The position numbers and the translations under genes were made by a program. This document shows, piece after piece, positions 20,405-27,883 of a stretch of DNA of 54,655 bases (position 1 is the stretch's first letter; each line of letters opens with the position of its first letter). The DNA comes from Bacteroidota bacterium. GTDB lineage: Bacteria > Bacteroidota > Ignavibacteria > UBA10030. The notes under the pieces are model-generated. The model was given only the letters and a program-made list of their open reading frames with translations, was not told the DNA's origin and did no database searches. The DNA lies in assembly GCA_040901865.1 (NCBI GenBank), contig JBBDYD010000006.1, forward strand, positions 1 through 54,655, written 5' to 3'.

Positions 20405-21061
20405 TCATGTGGTGCGAGCAGCGCGATGTCGATCAATCCAATATCCCCACGCAACAAACAGCCACATCGCAAGCCCCACATATCCCAGAGTGTCTGACTC
20501 CGGCGGAGGCGGACCAAAAAGATTCCCGAGATACACAAGAACGAGAAAAATGATCAATGCCCAAAAGCTCCATGAACCGGTGCGGTCTATTGGCTTGGTC
20601 GACTGCATGTAAAGCCAAACGCCTCCGAGAAATAATCCGATTTCAAGGATGAGTGTTCCCACAAGCGAGTTCCAGAGTCCAAATCCGACGACCGTTTCAT
20701 ATCCGGGCAAAAGGGGAAGGTCCGGCCGATGAGTGACAAGATCCAGAATCCAATGACTCAGTACGCCAATTCCGACAACCAACGCCGCCTTGCGGTCTTT
20801 CCGGAGGAAAAAATAGACACCGCCAAGCAGAATCGACCACACGACGACTCCGCCCAGACTGTGGGAATAGGGATAGTTGTAGAAATCGAGTGGCGTTACG
20901 ACGGTGTTTCCGGGATCAACGCGAACGTTCTCAATGCCCAGAATGAGAAACAGCGGCCAAAGAAGATCGATGAACGATGTGGAAAGGATCATGGTCCCGA
21001 GCGAAACACGCGGAGCCGCTTTCTTCGCCGCCAGCGCGACTGCAAAATGTCCTATGAACAT
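20405..21061 (-). CDS. Membrane-bound metal-dependent hydrolase-like protein
   Basis: MFIGH, DLLW, YSHSL, SHWILD..HRPD motifs plus TM segments. Confidence 0.8.
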   Translation of the reverse strand: MFIGHFAVALAAKKAAPRVSLGTMILSTSFIDLLWPLFLILGIENVRVDPGNTVVTPLDFYNYPYSHSLGGVVVWSILLGGVYFFLRKDRKAALVVGIGVLSHWILDLVTHRPDLPLLPGYETVVGFGLWNSLVGTLILEIGLFLGGVWLYMQSTKPIDRTGSWSFWALIIFLVLVYLGNLFGPPPPESDTLGYVGLAMWLFVAWGYWIDRHRAARTT

Positions 21062-21092
21062 GGATTGATCCTTTTCTGTGAAATTTGCAAGT

Positions 21093-22190
21093 CTACGGGA
21101 TATTCAATAGTGCGTCTTCGTTCCAGAACCCCCGAATGGCAGTTCTCAGTCTACGCATTTCTGCCGAGAATTTCCCGGGTTCTTCCCAGAATGGGAAATG
21201 GGCGGAATACTCGAACCAAACGAGTTCCTTTTTTGGAGCTCGAAGATTGCTGAAATATTCGGCAGCGAGAACCGAAGGTGTGTTGTAGTCGTGCCGCCCC
21301 AGGAAGAAATAGATCGGAATGGAAAACTCGACGAGTGTTTCCTCCAGGGGGTACATCGGCACATCTTCGCGCATACGCCTCGAAACCATTGACGCCCCTT
21401 TCGGAACATTCAAAATGTCGAACAGATCATACTCCGGCGCCCAGAGCCCCGTCATGAGGATCGGTCCGTATCCCCTTGCCGCCCGGATTTCTCCTCCGTA
21501 ACGAAATAAATCCTCTTCGGTAATTGCTTCCCCCCGTAAGAGTCTTTCCATGAGCTGTTGATCGCGATGGGCCTTTGCCATGTTATAAAGAAATCTCCGC
21601 TGAACCACGTACCGCCGCAGAGAATCCGCCGACAGTTGTCCCATTCCGACATACGCCGAATAGTATTCAGGATGTTCCTTGATTGCCAGCAAGCCCAGCA
21701 GGGTTCCCCAGGAATGCGCTAGAAGAACGAGCCGATTCTTGCCAAATCGTCGAAGCAAGCTGGTGGTGAGTTCATAGGTATCGTTCAGCGTTTGACGAAC
21801 GGTGAGGGAATCGGACTCAACTCCGGCGTTGTATGATTTTCCCGCTCCCCTGCGATCCCAGTGGACCACAACAAACTCACGCTCCAAATCCTGCTGAAAC
21901 GAGTGAGCCAGGAACATTGCCGGCATGCCGGGACCGCCGTGCAAAAAGAGGATAATCGGGTTCGTTGAATCGGCGCTTCGGATGAGAATGAATTGATCGA
22001 CTCCACCAAGAGAAACTGTCTCAAGAGCCGCGACGCTGCCGGAGAGACGATTTCCCTGTTCATCGAGAATTTCCGGCGTTGTGCCTCGGAAGACGATGAA
22101 CTCGAGTGTCACGGCGGCAATAAGCACCGAAACGACACCGGCACAGATCACGAATATCATTCGAACAACAGATCGGGTGTGTGGTTTCAT
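21093..22190 (-). CDS. Alpha/beta hydrolase (proline iminopeptidase-like) with N-terminal membrane anchor
   Basis: LHGGPG, WDRRGAGKS, AHSWG nucleophile elbow, GRHD, SAHFP; start uncertain (22190-22214). Confidence 0.88.
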   Translation of the reverse strand: MKPHTRSVVRMIFVICAGVVSVLIAAVTLEFIVFRGTTPEILDEQGNRLSGSVAALETVSLGGVDQFILIRSADSTNPIILFLHGGPGMPAMFLAHSFQQDLEREFVVVHWDRRGAGKSYNAGVESDSLTVRQTLNDTYELTTSLLRRFGKNRLVLLAHSWGTLLGLLAIKEHPEYYSAYVGMGQLSADSLRRYVVQRRFLYNMAKAHRDQQLMERLLRGEAITEEDLFRYGGEIRAARGYGPILMTGLWAPEYDLFDILNVPKGASMVSRRMREDVPMYPLEETLVEFSIPIYFFLGRHDYNTPSVLAAEYFSNLRAPKKELVWFEYSAHFPFWEEPGKFSAEMRRLRTAIRGFWNEDALLNIP

Positions 22191-22273
22191 CCTAGTCACG
22201 TCAAAATACTTCAAAAAACCCGAATCACCAAGCGTGTGCAGGAAAAACGACCGTGCACGTGTTTTATCGAAAA

Positions 22274-22295
22274 TGATTTGAGCCTGTGGGCGGTT
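22274..22295 (+). repeat. Left copy of 22-bp imperfect direct repeat flanking the defence island
   Basis: TGATTTGAGCCTGTGGGCGGTT; 20/22 identical to 33023-33044, first 15 bp exact. Confidence 0.7.
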
Positions 22296-22405
22296 ACGAG
22301 TATTTCTAGTTCATCATTTTGACAAACGAACCACGTCGGGTAGATGGGTTAATGCAGAAGGGGGAAGAAATGAAAGTAATAGAACCAATCGGCAGAAACG
22401 GTCGA

Positions 22406-23365
22406 TTATAGGCCTATTAAATTGATTCTGGAACCTCGTTCGTTCAAAACGGCCCGGTATTGCTCGCGATGGGGGGGACTGAGAAAGCTGGACTCAATGA
22501 ACTGTACGGCATTCGGCAGAGTTTCCCTGAAGGATTTCAAGGAATTCTGAAGAACAACGTCACTTATGTCAAGGGATTTCGCCAGGGCGAGGAAATCGTT
22601 CTTCCGGAGCTGGCGCTTCTTCCCATTCACTGTTAGTGCCATCTCATCGAGGTCTTCGGGTAGAGCGATCTTGGTTGGCACGAGGTCGTAGACGGGAGAG
22701 AGGCCGATAATACCATCCTTGGTGCTGAGAAGCGAAAAATTTTTCAGATGCATGTCTGCGTTTCCTGTGAGGAATGAGAACAGGGCAACATGGAAGAATT
22801 CAAGGAGATCAAAGCCTCTGTTTTCTGAGAAGCGTTTTATGATCTTTCCCGCCCGCTCCATGGAACCATTGTACTTGTGTTCGGTGAGTTTCTCGTCGAG
22901 TTGGCAAAAATCCTCCATGTGAAATTTTTCGCGATCGACGCGATCGACGCGTCGTGTAATGTAGGCGAGTTCACCGGACCTGAGCCGAATGAGGGAATGC
23001 GGAACCGTTCGTATTTTGAATAGCTCGGCAAGATGAAGCGTCACATCTTCAAGCTCCGGCAGGGAATCGTACTCTTCTGAGGGCGGCTTCAGAACGTACT
23101 GCCCCCACATTCCGACAATAGTTAGGCGATTTCTTTTTACGGCTTCGTGGAATGTCTCAACATCCATGGAAATCTTGGCTTGGACACCGGTGACGCTGAT
23201 GCTGCTTTGCACGATTTGCCCGGCAAGGGCGTACATTTCATTGAGTGCATAAGGAATTTCCGGGGGATCGGGAGTTCCGAAGAATTTCCGGCTGCACGCA
23301 GCGTGGAAATCCCGTCCAGCATCATCGAGCGGTTGGTAGCACGAGAGGCATCGCTTTTCGCTCAT
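22406..23365 (-). CDS. HipA-family Ser/Thr kinase toxin lacking the N-terminal subdomain (HipT-like)
   Basis: SVTGVQAK Gly-rich loop, YVLKP, HMEDFCQL, GNADMHLKNFS, SPVYDL. Confidence 0.92.
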   Translation of the reverse strand: MSEKRCLSCYQPLDDAGRDFHAACSRKFFGTPDPPEIPYALNEMYALAGQIVQSSISVTGVQAKISMDVETFHEAVKRNRLTIVGMWGQYVLKPPSEEYDSLPELEDVTLHLAELFKIRTVPHSLIRLRSGELAYITRRVDRVDREKFHMEDFCQLDEKLTEHKYNGSMERAGKIIKRFSENRGFDLLEFFHVALFSFLTGNADMHLKNFSLLSTKDGIIGLSPVYDLVPTKIALPEDLDEMALTVNGKKRQLRKNDFLALAKSLDISDVVLQNSLKSFRETLPNAVQFIESSFLSPPHREQYRAVLNERGSRINLIGL

Positions 23366-23697
23366 CTAGGCTCTCCCTCCTGTTCAGGCACGATGCTTAC
23401 GGCTCCGATGCAGTCCCTGCAGCATGCCAGAAGCAGTCCCATCCTGTCTCTCGGATTCAACTTCCAGGTCTTTTCCGCGATTTCCAAAAGCCATCCCTCT
23501 GGAATGAGACCATCGAAAAACGGGATCATGGTGTTGCTCGAGTATTCCTCTGAGCGAAGTGGAAGGGTAAGGCTTACCGGAACGGCTTCGGGGCTCTCCA
23601 GATACGATTTGTTGTACTGAAAGTGGTATCCTGCATCGTCTTCGAAAATCCGACCTGCCGCTTTCTCCTTGAACATCACAGTTGCAGATCTACTCAT
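23362..23697 (-). CDS. Stand-alone HipA N-terminal domain protein (HipS-like antitoxin)
   Basis: YHFQY...VSLTLP...PFFDGLIPEGW...DCIGAV; ATG 23697 overlaps the HTH gene end. Confidence 0.88.
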   Translation of the reverse strand: MSRSATVMFKEKAAGRIFEDDAGYHFQYNKSYLESPEAVPVSLTLPLRSEEYSSNTMIPFFDGLIPEGWLLEIAEKTWKLNPRDRMGLLLACCRDCIGAVSIVPEQEGEPR

Positions 23698-23908
23698 CGG
23701 CTTCCTCCGACGGTGATTTGACAGGCCCCAGTTCGTGCCCGAAGAGGGCAAGAACTTGATTGACCTTGTCCATCCGCAGGCTGTTCTTTCCCTGTTCTAG
23801 CTCTCGTACGAGTCGCAGTCCCACTCCAGATCGCTTTGCGAGGTCTTCTTGGGTCATCCCAAGGGCCTTCCGTCTGGTTTTCACGAATGATATCAGGTGG
23901 TTTTCCAT
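23690..23908 (-). CDS. XRE/HTH regulator (HipB-like)
   Basis: RRKALGMTQEDLAKRSGVGLRLVRELEQGK; first gene of the hip operon. Confidence 0.9.
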   Translation of the reverse strand: MENHLISFVKTRRKALGMTQEDLAKRSGVGLRLVRELEQGKNSLRMDKVNQVLALFGHELGPVKSPSEEADE

Positions 23909-23933
23909 CGCCTATGATCCTTTCGAGAACAAA

Positions 23934-24034
23934 TTATACCATTTCGGGTATAATGTCAATACCAAATATAAAGTTTATACCCCTATGGGTATAATTCATC
24001 TAAAATGGCCATGTGAATACCCTTTCGGGTATAG
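23934..24034. promoter_or_regulatory. Three palindromic operators (TTATACC-N6-GGTATAA) overlapping the hip promoter
   Basis: 23934-23953 TTATACCATTTCGGGTATAA; 23975-23994 TTATACCCCTATGGGTATAA; 24015-24034 GAATACCCTTTCGGGTATAG. On the minus strand TTGACA (23959-23954) precedes TATAATTTG, with operator 1 between them. Confidence 0.85.
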
Positions 24035-24074
24035 CACACGACAAACACACGATGGAAATTTTAATAGTGGAACA

Positions 24075-25097
24075 ATGATCCAACCCCTCAATGACGATAA
24101 TGATCTGGATGTTGATCTTGTCTGCAGGCTTGAGGGAAAGCAGGCGGAATGGACACAGGCAGACCTGAAATGGGTTGTGGGGAATCGGCTCAAACAGAAC
24201 CGGACAATCGAAAAACTCCTCGTTCTCCCTGATGGCCGGAGATGCTGGACGATCAAGTACTCGGAGTCTGCAAAATTCCATATGGATGTATTGCCAGCTA
24301 TTGTCAGTAGCGGATACCGCACTGTCCTGGAAAAAGCATTTGCTGCGCGGGACATCGTTGGAGTTGATTCCCTGGCAATCAGAATCACGGATAAGAAGGA
24401 GGCAAATTACAGGACGGCAACACGTCCCGAGGAATGGTTAAAGTGCAACCCATTCGGATATGCCATTTGGTTCGAGCAAACGGGGAGCCTGCTATTTGGG
24501 AAGTCATCGATCATAAGGGAGGGACTTCAACCGGTTCCTCTTTATCGCAAAGAAAAACTACCTCTTCAGAGGGTAGTCCAACTCCTCAAGCGCCACAGAG
24601 ATATGATGTTCAATGGCGAAGATGACAAACCGATTTCAATAATCATCACAACGCTGGCGGCACGCGCTTACCGCAAGGAAGCAAACATCATTGACGCGCT
24701 ACTGAATATCGTCCGCCAAATGCCTAATGAAATCGAGGAACGGTACTCGCCGAAACACGGCAGGAATATCAGATGGATTGTCAATCCTGTCAATCCCGAA
24801 GAAAATTTCGCAGACAAATGGCCGGATGAGCGCAAAAAGGAAGAAAATTTCTATCGCTGGATGCGACAGGTAGACTTGGACTTACAGAACGTCATACAAC
24901 AGAGGGGAATCCCCATGATTCAAGAATCATTGGAAAAACCGTTCGGTAAGGACACGGTGAGGAAGGCCATTGGCAGCTACGCAGAGAATCTCCGAATACT
25001 CAGGGAAAGCGGAGGAATGAGAATGGCTGCCGGAACGGGGGCCCTTGGAAGCGTCGGCCCAACAACTGTGAAGAAGCATACATTCCATGGTCGGTGA
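24075..25097 (+). CDS. cGAS/DncV-like nucleotidyltransferase (CD-NTase, CBASS), apparently 5'-truncated
   Basis: GTMIQP..DLDVDLVC, RRCWTIKY, FHMDVLPA, NPFGYAIWF, PLQRVVQLLKRHRD, PISIIITTL, NPVNPEENFADKW, C-terminus HTFHGR. The upstream in-frame extension overlaps the HTH gene and operators and does not look homologous. Confidence 0.88.
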   Translation: MIQPLNDDNDLDVDLVCRLEGKQAEWTQADLKWVVGNRLKQNRTIEKLLVLPDGRRCWTIKYSESAKFHMDVLPAIVSSGYRTVLEKAFAARDIVGVDSLAIRITDKKEANYRTATRPEEWLKCNPFGYAIWFEQTGSLLFGKSSIIREGLQPVPLYRKEKLPLQRVVQLLKRHRDMMFNGEDDKPISIIITTLAARAYRKEANIIDALLNIVRQMPNEIEERYSPKHGRNIRWIVNPVNPEENFADKWPDERKKEENFYRWMRQVDLDLQNVIQQRGIPMIQESLEKPFGKDTVRKAIGSYAENLRILRESGGMRMAAGTGALGSVGPTTVKKHTFHGR

Positions 25098-25527
25098 TCG
25101 AACGCATACTGTGAATTTTGCTCTTCAGGGCAATAGAATACGAACTCTGTTTCCAGCGTCAGATCTGGTTGTGAGCCCGTTCAAACTTGTTTGGAGGCAC
25201 AGCATCACGCCTTCCAGTCTGAGTGCCACCTACGATGTCGAACTCGTCTATGTTAGGGATGATCATCCGAAGGTGTATATAGTGAATTCAAAGTTAGCCC
25301 TTTATCCGGGTGAATTGACACTTCCACATGTCTACGATAGTGAAAGACAATGGCTCTGTCTATATCGCAAGGGAGGCGGCGAGTGGAAGAGCAATATGTT
25401 CTTAGCGGATACGGTTATACCGTGGATTTCTGAATGGTTACTTCATTACGAGTGTTGGCTTTGCACAGGTGAATGGTGGGGTGGGGGAGTGCATTACAGA
25501 TTGAAAAAGAAGGAAGAAACAGATTGA
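25087..25527 (+). CDS. Prokaryotic E2-fold (ubiquitin-conjugating-like) CBASS ancillary protein
   Basis: TYDVELVY..PKVYI..LPHVY..WLCLY..EW..LADTVIPWISEWLLHYE.WL.TGEW.GGG.H; overlaps CD-NTase stop. Confidence 0.8.
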   Translation: MVGDRTHTVNFALQGNRIRTLFPASDLVVSPFKLVWRHSITPSSLSATYDVELVYVRDDHPKVYIVNSKLALYPGELTLPHVYDSERQWLCLYRKGGGEWKSNMFLADTVIPWISEWLLHYECWLCTGEWWGGGVHYRLKKKEETD

Positions 25528-26870
25528 GCATAAGGCGAGAAAAGAGAACACCAACCGGAAATAGAGAGAAATCGAGAACTCCTCCGCACGGAACGAACGC
25601 CAGAAATCCTCTTTTTGGCCGCGTACCAACAGGGTGGTCAGTGAAGAAGTTCTCGGATGTGTTTCGATTTCTGGGATCAGAACCGATCCCCAGAGACCTA
25701 CTCACGAAAGCAGGGGAGGGGTCACAAACATACTGCATACACTATGGGGACATTCATGCGAAATATACGAAGGAGATCCTAGACTTCGAGGTGGAATCGC
25801 AACAAGTGCCCGTTTTGAGGTCTAATGATGTGCTTTCACAAAAGCCTGACTACTTGATGAACGGGGATCTTGTAATTGCAGACGCTTCTGAAGACTATCA
25901 GGGGATTGCAGAAGCAGTGGAACTAAGAAATCTCAAAGGCAGGAGGGTGGTGGGGGGATTGCACACAATAACAGCCCGAGATACTGGTGGAGATACCTTA
26001 CCTGGATACAGAACTTACGCTTTAAGACATCCAGCGGTCAGAAAAAGGATCATGAGGGCAGCAAACGGCCTTTCAGTGTTTGGAATTTCGAAATCAAACC
26101 TATCGAAGATTGACATCCTTCTCCCTCCCAGGTAAGAACAAAAGTATATTGCATTGAGGTTGGAGACTTGGGAGGAAGCGATAACAATATTGGAAAATCT
26201 CATTGTTGAAAAAGAACTCCGCCGAAAGGCCCTCATGCAGCAACTTCTCACCGGGAAAAAGAGGCTACGTGGATTCAACGAAGAATGGGAAAAGCGAAAT
26301 CTCAGGGAAGTTCTCATCCCGACATTTCGACCAACGAATAAGCCAAACTCAAGCTTTCTCGCCCTTGGAATAAGAAGTCATGGAAAAGGCACCTTCCTTA
26401 AGCGCGAATTTGATCCTTCAAAAATAGATATGGACACACTGTACAGGGTCAAGGAAAACGACCTTATAGTGAACATCACGTTTGCATGGGAGGGAGCTAT
26501 AGCAATCGTTAATGGGGAAGATGATGGTGCCCTGGTTTCCCATCGATTCCCGACATACACATTCAACAAGAAGGCAGGTGTAGTCGACTATTTCCGTTAC
26601 GTTATTTTGCAGCCGAGATTGAAATACGTGCTCGGTCTGATTTCACCTGGAGGAGCAGGAAGAAACAGGGTCCTCAGCAAGACGGGCTTCTTAAAGCTGA
26701 CACTTCAGATGCCTGATGTTAAGGAGCAAGCAGCCATTGCAGATATTCTAAGAGCTGCAGATCGAGAACTGGATCTACTCAGGAACAAACTTGATGCCGT
26801 CATGGAACAAAAGAAGGGCTTGTTGCAAAAGCTCCTCACCGGACAAATTCGAGTCAACAGGGTGGACTGA
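25524..26870 (+). pseudogene. hsdS: Type I R-M specificity subunit interrupted by one in-frame TAA (26133-26135)
   Basis: GRVPTGW, TRD1, [24 protein letters not shown]2, [22 protein letters not shown]; both track ORFs are in the same frame; TTG 25524 overlaps the E2 stop. Confidence 0.88.
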
Positions 26871-27883
26871 TGGCAAAGACATTCAACATCCTAACTATCG
26901 ACGGCGGCGGGATTAGAGGGGTCTTCCCTGCAAAATTCCTTGCCAATTTCGAAGAGAGGCTTGTTGAGTTGAAGTATCCCAAAACGCATATTTATGAGCA
27001 TTTTGATTTTATTTCCGGTACGTCGACGGGCGGTATTATTGCGATTGCACTTGCGCTGGGAATACCTGCCAAAGAGATTCACGGCCTATACATGGAACAT
27101 GCCGCCGCCATCTTTGGGAACCGCCAACCTTGGTGGAAACGAGTGAGCTACTCTAGGTATCAATCTGCTATCCTTGAAGAAAAAGTAAGACAAACATTCA
27201 AGAACCATTTCAATGGGGTCGATCCGCGTTTGAGGGACGTCAAGGTTCCTGTTTGCGTCCCAATATTTGATCTGCTCGAGGGAAAACCGTCTGTTTTGAA
27301 GTCTAAGTATCACGGGAGATTTAACAAGGACTATCACATTCCGGCTTATCAGGCAGCGTTGGCAACGTCTGCGGCCCCCACATTCTTTGATCCCTACTCA
27401 AATTCTTACGAAAGGATCGACTCACAGAGCATCGAATCCTTTTCGAACAAGGTTGATGGAGGGATTTTTGCAAACAATCCCACCCTCCTAGCTCTCATTG
27501 AAGTTCAGAAAGGGTTCGGCAAGCGGTTGAATCAATTAAGAATTCTCTCGATTGGAACAGGGTCAAGGAAATACAGCGATGCAAACACGCGAGAGAAATG
27601 GGGGTTTTCTTATTGGTTCGGTCGCAGGAGAATCATCGATCTCTTTATGCAGAGCCAGTCACAGCACACAAGCAGTCTTCTGAGCCTTCTTCAAAAAGGG
27701 ATTGATAGGTCGGAGCAGGAGAATTTCAAATATCTTAGAATAGACGCCGCCTTCGATTCCGATTTTGACGTCGCTCTTGATGAAACGGATCCAGATAAAC
27801 TGAGAGCGTTGTCAGAAAAAGCTTCATTGGAATTTCAGATGCACGGCAATGAAGTCGTCAACCTCTTTACTTCGAAGAAATAG
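26870..27883 (+). CDS. Patatin-like phospholipase, CapV-like candidate CBASS effector
   Basis: DGGGIRG, GTSTGG (catalytic Ser), ATSAAPTFF, DGGIFANNP (catalytic Asp), LSIGTG; TGATG coupling to hsdS. Confidence 0.88.
   Translation: MAKTFNILTIDGGGIRGVFPAKFLANFEERLVELKYPKTHIYEHFDFISGTSTGGIIAIALALGIPAKEIHGLYMEHAAAIFGNRQPWWKRVSYSRYQSAILEEKVRQTFKNHFNGVDPRLRDVKVPVCVPIFDLLEGKPSVLKSKYHGRFNKDYHIPAYQAALATSAAPTFFDPYSNSYERIDSQSIESFSNKVDGGIFANNPTLLALIEVQKGFGKRLNQLRILSIGTGSRKYSDANTREKWGFSYWFGRRRIIDLFMQSQSQHTSSLLSLLQKGIDRSEQENFKYLRIDAAFDSDFDVALDETDPDKLRALSEKASLEFQMHGNEVVNLFTSKK

Noticed and set aside
23934-24034. Possible mini-CRISPR (three regularly spaced palindromic repeats)
   Set aside because: Repeats are 20 bp with variable centres, spacers are only ~20 bp, there are no cas genes, and the position over an HTH gene promoter fits operators.
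23760-24074. N-terminal 105 aa of the 445-aa track ORF as part of the CD-NTase
   Set aside because: Overlaps the HTH gene on the opposite strand and the operator array; apart from the last few codons it does not resemble a CD-NTase N-terminus.
26133-26135. Programmed readthrough or selenocysteine/pyrrolysine at the hsdS stop
   Set aside because: The codon is TAA, which serves as a normal stop in many genes here, and the expected residue is Glu.
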